Assembly: GCA_020536535.1 (NCBI GenBank)
Contig: JAHLWZ010000953.1
Location: 1 to 38,891 of the forward strand
Source: Pelomyxa schiedti
Lineage: Eukaryota; Protista; Evosea
Length of the DNA stretch: 38,891 nucleotides
Direction: 5' to 3'
A program made the position numbers and the translations under genes. Position 1 is the first letter of the stretch. Each line of letters begins with the position of its first letter. Below are positions 14,819 through 27,600 of the stretch, in pieces. The notes under the pieces are model-generated. The model made no database searches and was not told the DNA's origin. It worked only from the letters and a program-made list of their open reading frames with translations.

Positions 14819-16448
14819 ATGGTGTGTCGCCCATGTCACAGCTCCACGCTCTTTCCAGCGTCCTTGTTTCTCCTCCCCCGTTCCCTCGACGCTTACCAAG
14901 TCGGAGCTCTAATTCTCCCATCATAGAGTAAGCCAGCCACGCCTGCACCGGCCCCTTCCGCGGCTGCGTTGGTCGAAATCCAGTCCGCGTTCATGCCGCC
15001 GGCTGCTATAATTAAAGCAATAGAGTCAATTGGTATCTACAAGGTTAGCATTTGCTGGGCCCTTTTCTCGTCCCTCATAATTGTGTTTCTTTCACACTCG
15101 AAATCTTTTGTTTTAGTCAAAAAAAAACTTTTTTTTTCTCACAATACTCAGGCAAGACAAAATTATCTGAGAATGTTCGTTCTGGCATTTATGGCTGGTG
15201 TATTCGTATCTATCGGTGGAATGACTAGTATCACCTTTGGTAAAGGCATGCCAAATTCTGATCCTGGTGCACAGAAATTCGCCTATGGGTAGGCATTACA
15301 TTCCACACCATTTGGTTCATATCAAAGATATAAATAAAGTGATATACCAAATTAAATTCGTAAAAAGGAGTGCTAACTTACAACTAGAGCAGTTTTCCCA
15401 GTTGGACTGCTCCTCGTCATTGGGTGTGGGTCTGAACTTATAACAGGCAATTTTGCGGCCATGATTCCCGGGTTTTACAATAGAAAGCTCAAGTGGTACG
15501 AGATATTGATTGCATGGTTCATTGTATATTGTGGAAATTTTGTGGGGAGCATTGCTATGGCCTATTTCTTGGCATATCAGACAGGTCTATTTATCAAGGA
15601 CCCCTGGCTGAGTGGTGTGCAGGGAATTGCAGAAGCAAAGGTTAGCATGCGGTTTGGGCAGACTTTTCTTAGTGCAATGGGCTGTAATTTCCTTGTGTGC
15701 CTTACAATCTTCATGGTTACCGCATCCAAGACTATGGTGTGCAAAGTGTTTGTGATCTGGTTCCCAATTATGGTACGTCATTCTAGAACGTCAACCCCTG
15801 TTATTTCTACCGCGCTGACACTAACTAGGCCTTCGCCACAATTGGCTTTGAGCATTGCGTTGCCAATATGTTTCTTATTCCATGCGGAATGCTTTATGGC
15901 GGCAATGTTTCCTTTGGCCAATTTATATCCTTGAACCAACATTCCCAACTCAATACATACTTGATAAATAACATTGATAATGTACTCTTCACACAACCCC
16001 CTTGTGTAAGACAGTTTCCTCCTTTACACACTCCCAAATAGGCAAGAACCTTGTTCCCGTCACCATGGGCAACGCCTTCTCGGCCATTTTCTTCGTGGCC
16101 ACGATCTACTGGTTCGTGTGGGGCATGAACCCCCGCACCCCCACGGGCCCCGCGGCCGTCGCGACCCCGGGGTCTCCCGCCACCCCCGCCGGCAAGGCCC
16201 CGGCCGGCGCGCCCGGCGGCGGCGGCCACAGCGACGACGAGGACGGCGTCGAGCTGGACGTCAGGCACCACCACCACCGCCACCACCACCACCACGCCAG
16301 CCCCCACAGCCCCCACGCCTCGCGCCTGCACCACCGCGAGCAGCCCCGCAGCCACAGCGGCCACCGCAGCCACAGCCACAGCCACAGCCGCTCCCGCGCT
16401 TCTTCCCAGTCTCGCTCGCGCTCTCCTTCTAGGTCACACAGCTCTTGA
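14819..16448 (+). CDS. Formate/nitrite transporter (FNT family) with a His/Ser/Arg-rich C-terminal tail (multi-exon)
   Basis: AFMAGVFVSIGG, FPVGLLLVIGCGSELITGNF, VYCGNFVGS, FLSAMGCNFLVCL, IWFPIM|AFATIGFEHCVANMF, NLVPVTMGNAF. The likely first coding exon is ATG only (14819-14821), followed by intron 14822-14926. Confidence 0.92.
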
Positions 16449-16670
16449 CGACCTTCTTTTCCCAGAAGGGAAATTTTAAACAAACTGCACCCCACTTCCA
16501 CACTTGCATTTTGGCATTTGGAATGCTACATTCCTTATAAAAATTATTTGTTTTTCCTTCTTTTAATACTGTTACAATTCAGTTTAGTTTAGTGTTGGTG
16601 GTGGGTGAGTGCTCTTTACAATCAGTCAGTAAGTAAGTGCGCGTGACCATGCTCAGCTGCATGTGGGTGA

Positions 16671-17664
16671 TTACATTTGGTGCATTTCCACAGCCACACC
16701 AGACTCTGGGGGAGGCCCACTGGGTTCCCCAACCTGGGGTGTTGTGTTGATTGGGGGAACCAAAGAGGGTGACGAGGGTGATGAGCATGGTTTGATGGGT
16801 ATTCCACTGATGTTGGCCCACTTTGTCAAAGTGTCCCAGTGAAAGGGTGTTAGGTAAACTAGTGACCGCTTGCTGATAAGAAGTTGCTCGGCCTCTTGCA
16901 ATGAGTGACATACACCACACTTGACCAAGGCTGCTGCTAGTACCATTGCACTCCGGCCGACTCCATAGCTGAGGACAATAATTTGAGTTGGTAAAAACGA
17001 ATGTGAAGAGCATTACCAACAGTGCACGAGCACTCCGTGGCCCGCCTCCCTTTGGCTTATGATCCAATCAATGGCAACATCCAGTTGTTGAAGCGAGGGT
17101 GCTGTGCCATCCCAAGTGGGAATACACATGAAGTTGTTCCAGGCGTGCATTTGAGGCAACTCACATGTCATGTCAAGGACACTGCAAAAAGGTGCTTGAA
17201 CAATTGTACCACCTGGAATGGTCTTGTGTTAATCCGACGAAGAGTAGGGAAAATAATGTACCACTTTTACTCACTAGAGGCGTTGGGCAATGCAAAACCG
17301 AGTCAAATCTTACGAAGGCAGGAAATCCCCCCAAGAAAAACCCCTCGTGTATTTCGGAGATAACAGGGAAAGAAGGACGTTTCACGATACGGAAGCTGCA
17401 CAATAAATTACATTAGAGCAAGACAAAGGTATATCGAGACATACAAGTGAATGTAACTAAAGTGAATAATCATCCAAGGCCACCAAAACACAACAGCCCA
17501 TACGGGCATGCTTCCATCCCCTCGTTTACTATGAATCACGTTAGGCCAAAAGAAAGGGTTAAAAAGGCAACATACCACATGATGCCAGGTTTCTTGAAGT
17601 GCATCCCAAAAAGAACGAAAAACCACACAACCGACCAGTGAGCAAGGATAACTGACACCAACAT
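16671..17664 (-). CDS. Dual-specificity protein phosphatase with N-terminal transmembrane segments (YnbD-like; multi-exon)
   Basis: Spliced catalytic loop VLVHC|CYGVGRSA (CX5R). EIHEGFFLGGFP and EAEQLLISKR. Hydrophobic N-terminus (LAHWSVVWFFVLFG, VWAVVFWWPWMIIHFSY). Confidence 0.8.
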
Positions 17665-18172
17665 ACGAGAATACGACGTATACGAAAAATAAATATACGA
17701 CACCACTCCTAAAAAAAATACATAAACAAACAAAGTACAACACCTTTCCCTTGTTTCTCTCCTACAAAGAAAAAACCAACAACAAACCACAAACAACAAA
17801 CAACAAACAACAGACGCACCAAATCCAATTGCACCAAGTGCCACACCGGGCTCATGCAAAAGTGCGTAAAACGGAACCTTCACCATCACCGCTTGAACCA
17901 CTTTTTTTTCTTAATTACGAAATCTCTTAAATCAACTTGCGTAGAATTACCCCCACAAAGCCACTTTGAGAAACCAGGCACTTAACCGAACTCCCGGTTC
18001 TTGAGTTCTATGTAAGGGAACCACTCAACAGCGACTCCCCAGAGGGAAGGTTGTTGTGGTCACACCCCAAACCGCCCCCCCAAACTTCCACCAATCTGGC
18101 GCCCTCTTTCCCCTAACTTACATTTCGCCAATTATTCCATTCGTTGCCACACACACGCACCACCCTCACGTG

Positions 18173-20799
18173 ATGACGCGTCTCGCTTCCCTCGTCTTCA
18201 TATCCGCCGTGTGCTCCGCGGCGTACGCCCTCGCGCTCGCGCCGCCCGAGCCGCCCTCGCCCCTCGCGGCGCTGATGCGCGGCCGCAGCGGGACCTCGCC
18301 CGCGGCCCAGAAGTGCTGCTGGTGCGACAAGTACTACAACGCGACGGCCAATTCGCGCGAGCTTGTGTCGGTGTCGGGGTCGTGGTCTGGGCGGAGGCGG
18401 GGCGCCGGGGCCTCTACGGAGCTGTACGCTGCGCCTATGTTTGACCCTTACACTTTCGAATCTATGGGCGCTGTGTTGGCGAGGATGTTCATTCCTTCGC
18501 TGAAAAAGGTGGACTTCTCCCTGATGGCGCTATACGCCGGTAGTTCAATTGGACTTAGCTCTTGGCAGTGGGATCCTGCGTATCCACATAAGTAACCAAT
18601 GCACACCTCTCCCTCGTTTTGTTCTCTCTCTCTCTTTTTTTTTTTTATATAAATCTGACGGCAATGTATAGGTCTTTTGAGGTAGAGTTCAGCTTGGACA
18701 AACTTCCAATGGGAAAATCAGAACTGGAAATTCGTCTCATTGTGGACGGGGTGACTGTGTCAACAACTGACACATACCTCACTCGCCTCGTTCACACAGA
18801 TTACACTGTCAAGATAGACAACCGAGCAAAGTCTCTTATTGTTGACAGAATACCTTTCATCCCATTTGGCTTCTTCCACGAGTTCGATGTTACAAGTGAT
18901 GTAAGTTCCACTTTTCTTTTTTGGCTATGGTAAAACTTCTATTGCAGGGTCCAGACACCCCACAAGCTGCTGCCCTTGCAACAGTTACAAATGGGTTCAA
19001 TGTTTTCGCTGTATGGACATATATAAATGCTTCAATACCATCACAACGCAGCAGGCTCCTTGCATACCTGGATCAATGCTCCAAGATAAACGCGAAAGTA
19101 AGTGCATGCATCTTCAATAAAGTACCAACACACAAAAAAGGCACAAATTTTGTTGACTGGAATATCTGAACTCCCAGATTCTCCAACAAAATGGGCCCAA
19201 CTCTCGGATATTCTGTCTGCTGTTTCAACTCATCCAGCTTTGCTGTCGTACTTCCTAGCTGATGAACCAGATGGGTGGAATGACCCTTCATGGCCAGCAA
19301 TACTACAACAAACCTATGATTATTTAAAGGAAAATGATCCCTACCATCCAGTCATAATAAACTTGAACTGCATGCACACTGCTGCTACCTGGTCCCCTAT
19401 GGCAGATATATTGATGAGTGACCCGTAATAGCCCTATTATTTTGGTCTCGACTCACATCATTAGATACCCTATTGGACTTAATAATCCAGTGGGTTGTGA
19501 CGAGTGTGTGGGCTCCGTTGTTGATGTGGCCACTCGCTTTGATACTATGAATAAGGTAACATCAGTTCATTTCTTTGATTAATTAGCTGTAGGATTTATA
19601 TTACATGAAGCCACTGTGGTTCATTCCACAACTATTTGGTAACTCCGAACATTGGGATAGAGAACCCACTGGCCGCGAACAAGAAGCTATGACATATATA
19701 GCTCTCATTCATGGCGTTACTGGAAGTGTGCCTTTCCACCAGTGGTCATCGTCTAGTAATTTGTTGCACAGTTCAATCTTGGATTCACACTTCCGAGTTT
19801 CCTGTCTCTCACAATGCCTGGGACAGATGCTCCGAGCTCGCCATAGAAGTAGCAGAGCTGACCCCAGCAATAGATTCGCACCTAACAGCAGCGTCTGGCG
19901 TCTCTGCAGAGGGAATTCATTGGGCTGAATGGCAAGAAAGGTGCGCACCTTGAAAATATTCATTCAATTCACACATGCCAAGCAATGCAGAGTCGGCACT
20001 TGTGTTGGCAGTTAACCCTGGAAATACACCCACTTCCTTTGAAATTTGCGTCACAGGATTCGATTGGTATAATTACAACGGTTTGCCACCCATCATTTCT
20101 TCTTCTTGTATTCAAATTGAATAGCTACTGTGTTGTTTGAAAACTGGGTGATTACTTTACAATCAGGGTGCATTTCCGATACCCTTGCACCTCTTGGCAC
20201 CCGTGCCTATCTGCTTGAGATGACAGGCGTTCCCAAGGTTGAAGGCTCTGTGCTTAACCCAAGCTTCGAAGTCGCTCACTCAGCAGGATCACCTGACAGC
20301 TTCTACAAAGTTTCGCCTCAACTTACACTCAGTACCACATTCACTGATACCCGCGTAGCACATCATGGAGCTCATTCCCTGAGGTTAGTGAAGCCCTGCT
20401 ACCCCCCCTTTTTTTTCCCCCAAAACCCATAATAAAAAGGTTGGTCACAGATAATGTTGATGTACCCGCGAAAATGCACAGCATGAGTTTTGTAGTTCAA
20501 AACGATTCTCAGGTTTCAGTCTGGGGGTATGGTGAGAAGGACCTTCACTTCAGCCTCTGTGTTTCTTCAGCGTGTGAAACTTTCAGCATGATTCAACGAA
20601 CCGACTCCTGTGCGTTTTCATCTCCACCAAACAGAACCACAACACCCATAATAACTAACTAACTACTTTTCTCCCAGATGAATGGAACCAATACATAATG
20701 TCATCAGTTGTTACTGCCGGCACTTCTGTAACCGTGTACCTGACTCTGAATGACATTGGTGTTGCCTGGTTCGACCTCATCGAATTCAACAGTCTCTAA
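18173..20799 (+). CDS. Secreted glycoside-hydrolase-like (TIM-barrel) protein with a C-terminal carbohydrate-binding-like domain (multi-exon)
   Basis: Signal peptide MTRLASLVFISAVCSAAYA. LIVDRIPFIPFGFF, HPALLSYFLADEPDG, YLKENDPYHPV, DILMSDP|YPIG, KPLWFIPQLFG, IALIHGVTG. C-terminal VLNPSFE...AHHGAHSLR resembles a CBM4/9-type fold. Confidence 0.65.
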
Positions 20800-21107
20800 A
20801 AACACCCGCACCCACTGCCCAATTTAAAAGAGTGTTCTGTTAGACTCTACGCAACCTATCGTGCTTTTTTCCCGGAATCCCTTTCAAAAAAAACAGGTAG
20901 TCCATACACAGGCACTGACGAACAATTTTTGTCTCGTGTGTGAGTGGAAAAATATGCATATTTTTCTTGCTTTTGTTACAAAGGTGCAAGGCACGGAAAC
21001 TAGTTGGCAGAATGACATTAATCACCGGGCGGTTTACACTGAAGAAAAAACAGATCAAGAATCCAAAATCAAAAACAAACCAAAAATAAAAAACCAACAA
21101 TAAGTTA

Positions 21108-22139
21108 ATGAGTCTGCTCACTGCGACACGCACGTACCACATCGAGAATGACAAAGTCGTAGTATCAGCAGCGAGATCGAACGCGAACGCAAATGTGGCA
21201 ACCAACGCGACGAACAACAACGAAACGGCGGTAACGGCAAAAAACGCCGCCAACACACTGCACGCCGGCGCGCAACGTAATAGCGACGCATCGACAACTG
21301 GAAATACGAAGTTTTCTAGTCTCATTTGTTGCTGTGGCTCGGACGAGGCTGTTTCACCATTTGAGGCGAAGCGAGGTGTACCGAAAATATCAGTCTTGGA
21401 TTATGTGTGTTAAAACTAACATTCTCGAATAGAGGTTTGTTAGTCTAATGGGTTGTAGATGCGACGCATTGCAAAATACTGTCCATGTGCTGCCCACGTA
21501 TTCATAGTTATGTGCATTTACATAGACCGAGTAACTAGAGTGCATGTAATGCTCACTCCAACGACAGTCCATCGTCTTATTTTAGCGGCATTTGTGGTTT
21601 GTTGTATTCTCCTTTTTACCCTCCTGATCATTACAAGATTTCAATGAAATTTTACTCTGACAAATACTACAAAAACTCATACAATGCCCGAGTTGGGGGT
21701 GTTGACCTTGAGGAGCTCAACTTTCTTGAGAGGAGTATGCTCTTCATGATGGACTTCAATCTGGTTTCTTATACTCCCGCTATGATTGCACTTAACCTTC
21801 GAACAGGTCATTACCCCCGAAGATTTTCAGCAGTACTCCGACATGATTCAGAGGTGTGAACCGTTCTTCAGATGTTATACCCCCGATTCTCGCTTCTCTT
21901 TAGCTCTTACTAGTCCAACCTCGGAGCTCATCCTGTCAAACTACACCCCCCTTCCAACAACCCCCCAGACCAGCATCCCTGAGTCAAGCTCATCACCCAC
22001 TTCAACAGCGTCGACGTCTTCCAACCCACCCGCGGTGCACCCTCAGCATCAGCCGACAACCGCGACAGGATCGCTAATATCGTTCTTGTCTTCAGTGCAA
22101 AGTACTTCCTGCCTTATCCCCTCTCATACTTTTTCCTAA
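21108..22139 (+). CDS. PHO80-like (P/U-type) cyclin (multi-exon)
   Basis: PKISVLDY|MRRIAKYCPC...IYIDRV...VHRLILAAF, MKFYSDKYYKNSYNARVGGVDLEELNFLE...FMMDFNL. Confidence 0.9.
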
Positions 22140-22351
22140 CATTCCTTCCACACTGTAGAAATCCCTACTTGTGTCACACAACTGAGCCAAGTGGTAGCAA
22201 AAAAGCAAGAACAGGCTGCTGGTTTGTGTATTTCATTGTTCAATTCCTGACTGTAAATTCTCACCCTTACCTACTGTGGAAATAAAATAAAATTTTGAAA
22301 GGCTTATTTACTTTTTTTTTGTTTTTCTCATCAATTGGTACAATGTATTTT

Positions 22352-24312
22352 TTAGAAGCCTAGGGACCACTTGGGCTTGAGGTTGGCGTCGTGGTAGCTG
22401 GTAAGCATTGCTAGAGCCACTTCTCTTGAGTCACTGAGGGAGTTATTTGTAAGGCCACTTTCCGCAAACAAAACTTTCTTGGCAGTGGTTTCATCTAAGC
22501 CAGGGTAGTTGGACTGGTAGCTATTTGGGAATATGAACATCTGTTTTGGGAGTTGTGGATAGAGGCATACGTTGCCCAGAACGAGGACCACCAGGGTGGA
22601 GTGGTCACTGAGGTGTAGACAAGCACTGTCTCGGGAGGCATGGGTGTAGTCCGTACTGTAGCTGGTAGAGTCGGTTCTGTGGGTCTGTGCGAGACATTTT
22701 TTGGTGTTACAACAAGACTGCCAAAGAAGTCTCCTAGTTTGGCTCGCGCTTGTTCAAGTTGAGAGGCAATTCCCTTGTAAGTGAGTGCATTTAGTGGAAT
22801 GGAATTTTTGAAATGTTGCTCACTTGCATAATAGTATCGTTCACAATGCCATTGGATGTGGCTTTATAAAACTAGAAGAAATCAGGGCACGAACTTGGCG
22901 GAAAATGTGTACCTGAAGGGTTACTCGTATGGGGAAATTTGGGTCTCGTTGAAGATGAAGACCTTTGAGTCCACTAAAGCTTCCTGTAGTGGATAAGTAA
23001 AGACTTGAAAACAAAAGAAATCATGCCTTCTTCAGTGCCCACTTTTACTATTGCATGGTCTACATCCGCGTTTGGCCGAGGGGGGGCTGCCATTCTGGCC
23101 TTGAAAGAAGCAGGTGGAGCTGACATTGCAGACATTGCAGACATTGCGGGCATTGCCGAAGTTACTGATGGCATTGATAGACAGTCACATTCATACATAG
23201 CCCCTCCAAAAGATTCCTCCATTGGAGAAGGCCAATGGTTAACACGTGGTGGTGGGGCCCTCCGTTGAAGAGGGACTTGAATAACAAGGATCATATTGTC
23301 TTGTTTCTCTGCTTGTGTCATCTCTCCAGTAGTTTGTACACCACGTTCAAGTCTGATAGTTGACAGTTACTGCACTTTCTTTTTTGGGGGCAGTTTATAC
23401 CTGTTATCCTCTAGGCGTTGGGCAACGAAACTACATTTCCTCCCGTTTTTGTTGAAAAAAAGTTTTTGTCCATAAACGCCACATTCATCCACGACCTACG
23501 AAAAGTCAATTTTCACGTTAATGATAACTCTGATTGACCTGAGCGGAGGTACCACTACTAGTGGCAACTATGGCGAGAACAGCTGGATTTCCAGGTGAAG
23601 ACTGGTGGTTGTATATAGAGACATTGAATGTACTCTCAGTGCCCTGCGTTGCATAAAAAGACCATTAAGGGGCTAGATAGACTCACTCTTGTGACAGGTA
23701 AAAAGCACGATTGTGCACTCATAACAACGTGGGAATCTCGTGGAGCTAATAGAGATCCCAGTCTAGTACTTTGCTCAGTAGGAGTAAGATACCCCGAAAT
23801 ATCAGATAGGTACTGCTTGAGAGTGACACCATAACTACGCGGTGTTACACATAACTTTTTTTGGGTAAAACTTTACGTGAAATCTCCCTGTTCATTTCCA
23901 ACTACAAGTGGAACTTTGTCAATAGGCACATCCCAAGTCAAATCTTGGAACTACAAGGAAAAATCAGATAGATTTGAAGGGTTACAGGGTACGTTGGGGT
24001 AACGAATGACAGGCATCAAAGTTTCAGAAACCAATAGGGTCATATCAGAAATGCATGGCCCTACAAGCAAGAGTTAATGATTGGTTAAAAAAAGGTGCAC
24101 TAAAGTAGTACCAAATGCCGAGTTCTTGAGTCGTGCATTATCTTCCCACATCACCTTCATTCCCAAGTCAATTTTGTGAAACAAGCGATCGAAAGACACA
24201 CATTTTCGATGACCAAGCCATAGTTGTCTGCCATAGACACTGATGGCTTGTCATCCAACATGAGAGCAACACGTCTCACTGTTTCTTCGAACTCCCTGTT
24301 GATGGCGTACAT
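22352..24312 (-). CDS. Uncharacterised protein with conserved-looking motifs (multi-exon)
   Basis: Spliced reading: MYAINREFEETVRRVALM...YGLVIEN|VMWEDNARLKNSAF|GPCISDMTL...MPVIRYPN|FQDLTWDVP...SAQSCFLPV...FNVSIYNHQS...PAVLAIVATSSGTSAQ...NMILVIQVPL...RDPNFPIRVTLQ|FYKATSNG...FGSLV. Coherent small introns. Function unknown. Confidence 0.75.
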
Positions 24313-24627
24313 TCCAACCAGCCAATAGCTTTGTATGGGTTTTTTTTATTTTTTATTTTTCCTTGCTCTTTCCTTCTGATGGGTGTTATGTGAACAACTA
24401 ACCGCCGGGCGAACTTGTCAAAACCAATTGGTATTTCATTCTCGGGTGAGCAACGCTCAACCGAATTCAATTGGAACACTGCTGTGTTTAGGAAGGCACG
24501 TGGTAACTTAATTGTGGTGTAAAATGGTACTTAAGATTTTACACAGAGTTTTCTTTTTTTCTTGCATTTTTTTTTTTTTTTCATTTGCAAAAATGGTACT
24601 ACAAGTGGGTGTTGGGGTATGAAAGTT

Positions 24628-27600
24628 TTACATGTTGGAATGAGATATGACTGACTGTTGTATTTCGGCACTCAAAGTTTTCACGTTTCTCTTTACCTCC
24701 TCTGGAATTCCAGTTACACCTCCAGTCACCAACAGTGTGATGTCATTCACGGGTAAAGGCATACAACGAACTGTTTGATTTACCTTTTTGGAACGTGAGT
24801 GTGAGGGATGAAATATGTTTATTATGGGCCGGTTACCCTGAGACTTTGGTTTATTGCTGTAAGACCTGTCACTCCTGTCAGATTGTCATCCCAGTAAATT
24901 GCGCTAAGTGTTGTATTCAGCTGTTAAACAGTTAAAGTGGTAAATGATCTTCCTGGAAACCAACCTGCAGTGTTTTGGAAAGTGCAATTGCTCCGCTGTT
25001 GCCGAACTGGTGACCAGAAATGTCAAGCTCGGTTATCGACCTGTTGTGTGCCAGGGCCTGAATAAACGGTAGAATCGTTTTGCTCAGTTGCTGTGTGGTT
25101 TTTGGTCCTCCAACCATTTTTAGTGCTTGAGTGTTTAAGATTACTTCAGTTTGTGAAGTGGCAAGAAACGGTACATTCGAGAGGACAATCTGATGCCGCC
25201 AGTTTACACATAGCCTTAATCATTGCATCCCGCTTAGAAGCCTTACTTAAGCCGAAACAGGCATTTATATTCAAGAAATTCAAAGTTGTATTAATGAGGA
25301 GGCCCTCAACCAGAAGCGTGACTCCATCATCTCCCTACAATGTAATGTGAGTTTCCGGTGTATGATTCAGTAGATTTTACCATTTCAGTATCTGCAAGGT
25401 CAATGTGTGTCACTCCAGTAAGTTTTGGTGCTGTTCAAAAAGAATTAATTGTTTTGGCTCCCAGCCCACCACAGTATCCCCCTTTCCTTTTCTTAGAAAT
25501 GATGATTACCAATAGTATTTAGAAGCTGTGCACCAGATAGTGGGATAGAGTTGTTGGAAAAATTGAGGGTAAGGCGGCCGTCTTTAGGTGTAGCTTGCAA
25601 AATATCCTTCGTTACGTCACACCAGATTAAGATATGTGGTTGATACTTGAAGTACGGCATGGGAGCCTAATGAACCACTGAGATTAAGCTCTGTCAAGGT
25701 ACCCATGAGCTGTGTTATATTACTTGATTCTTCAACTTTTGAAACCTTCACTTTATTGTTTTGAGGTTTACAAAAAAAAGTTAGAAATAAACCAAAGGGA
25801 AGGTATCAAAGTTTTTTCACTCACAGGCACCAAGTTCCAATGTCGTAAGACTGCGGCATCCCTTGGCAATCGAGGAGAGTAGATTGAGTAGCTTTTGGCC
25901 TGTCACAGAAGTATACCCAACGTTCAGATATTTCAGGGCATGTTGCCCTGTAGCAATCCATTGCGATAGTAGGGTTATTGAATCACCAAAGCGGTTATGT
26001 GAGATATCAAGGTGACAAAGATGACAAGCTCCTCTCATCTAGAGTTTGACTCAGGATGTATTTCATTCCCCAGGGAGTAAATAACCTTCACCATGCTTGA
26101 TAATGAAGCTGCAAAGCTTGCCCAAGCTTTTGTATTTGAGCATGTGTTGGACATTTTGAGGGAGATGACGCCCTTAGAGGCCTGTGTTGAGATAATATAC
26201 AACCCGAGGGCAGTGAGAGCCTTATCTTCAAGATAATTATTCTCACTAATATCAATCGATTCTATGAGGCACTATTGAAACGGTCAAAAAATCGCAGTGA
26301 ATTCTTGGGTAAGTATACTTGCTGGTTGTTTGCCATCGATTCAAAAAGAGTTGTAAAGGACTTGTCAGATAGAGAAACATTGATCAGGGATAGTGATGTG
26401 AGAGTGTTATTGAGCTTCAGCATTTCTGACATTACAGTGATTGCTTTATCAACTCTTCGATCTTTCACAACAAGAGACAAAAAGTAGGAATTGTGCCTTA
26501 GAATATTAATACACATTGAACTTTCTTTTTATATTCTTACCACAGTGCTTGTAGAATGGGTACAAGATCTGATGTGGCCATAAGTGAAGCTCCAATGATA
26601 TTGGTTTCTTCCACTTCATCTGTTATGTGTAAGCGCCCATTCAAGGAGATAACTTGGTGCAACCAGAGAAAAATCTTGAAATGTCAAAGTTTCGGTTTGT
26701 TGAGTATAGATTCTCTATATCCCAGCACAATGACGAATTTACAGGAACACTGTGATAATTACACATTGCCTTGTATGTTCCGACAAAGCCACCACATATT
26801 GCCAACCCAGGGGCATCGATAGTTTCAATTCTTTAACAAATTAGTACTTCAGATGTGCTGGGGTTAAGATGTTGCCTTGACTCAGGAGTGATGTTCAGTT
26901 TAAATCGAAATTCTTCCGGAATACCAGAAAAATTGTACAGGAAAGCTCGTCGAATACAAAAAATGATTTCATCAGCTTGCTCTGTTTCGCCGGCAATTTC
27001 AAAAGTTTTGAAAACTAGTTTAACCTTGGAGGTAATTTGCAAGACATAATTCAAAATAGCAAAAATACTTCAGTAGGAGAATGACTGGTCAATTCCAGTA
27101 AATCCAGGGAGTGCCCCTCCTTGAGTAACTGTGCAAAAATTAATGGTACAAAAGGCAAAATTATTAAGAGTACTTTGCCACCCTTCTTCATAGTGAAAAT
27201 TCGGTTCATTCCAATGATGAGGATAACTTTTTTCACTTTTGACTTAGTTTTTGATATTGTAAGCCACCCAATATATGATGCCTCTTCTTGCCTCTGTGTC
27301 AGCATCTCTTTTACGTGCTCTTTTTTATACTTTAACAATAAAGTTCGCTAGTGAGTACAAACTTTGCTCTGCAGTAGCCAATGTAGACGCAAAGGACACT
27401 TTGCTGGAATATGAACCAAGGGCATCAAGCTTTTCCTCCAGTTCTATCTTTCGTTAGTAGGCACCAATTTTCATCAATAGCAGCACCTCTTCTATCTGAG
27501 GATATATGAGTCAGAAGTGCCACTTTGTGTTGTGAAAGCAGCATATGCAAAAGATGCAAATCTTTGACACTTACAACACAGAGATCAGAATCTGCAATAA

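Noticed and set aside
15894-16501. Antisense ORFs over the FNT tail
   Set aside because: Mirror frames of the GC-rich His/Ser-coding exon.
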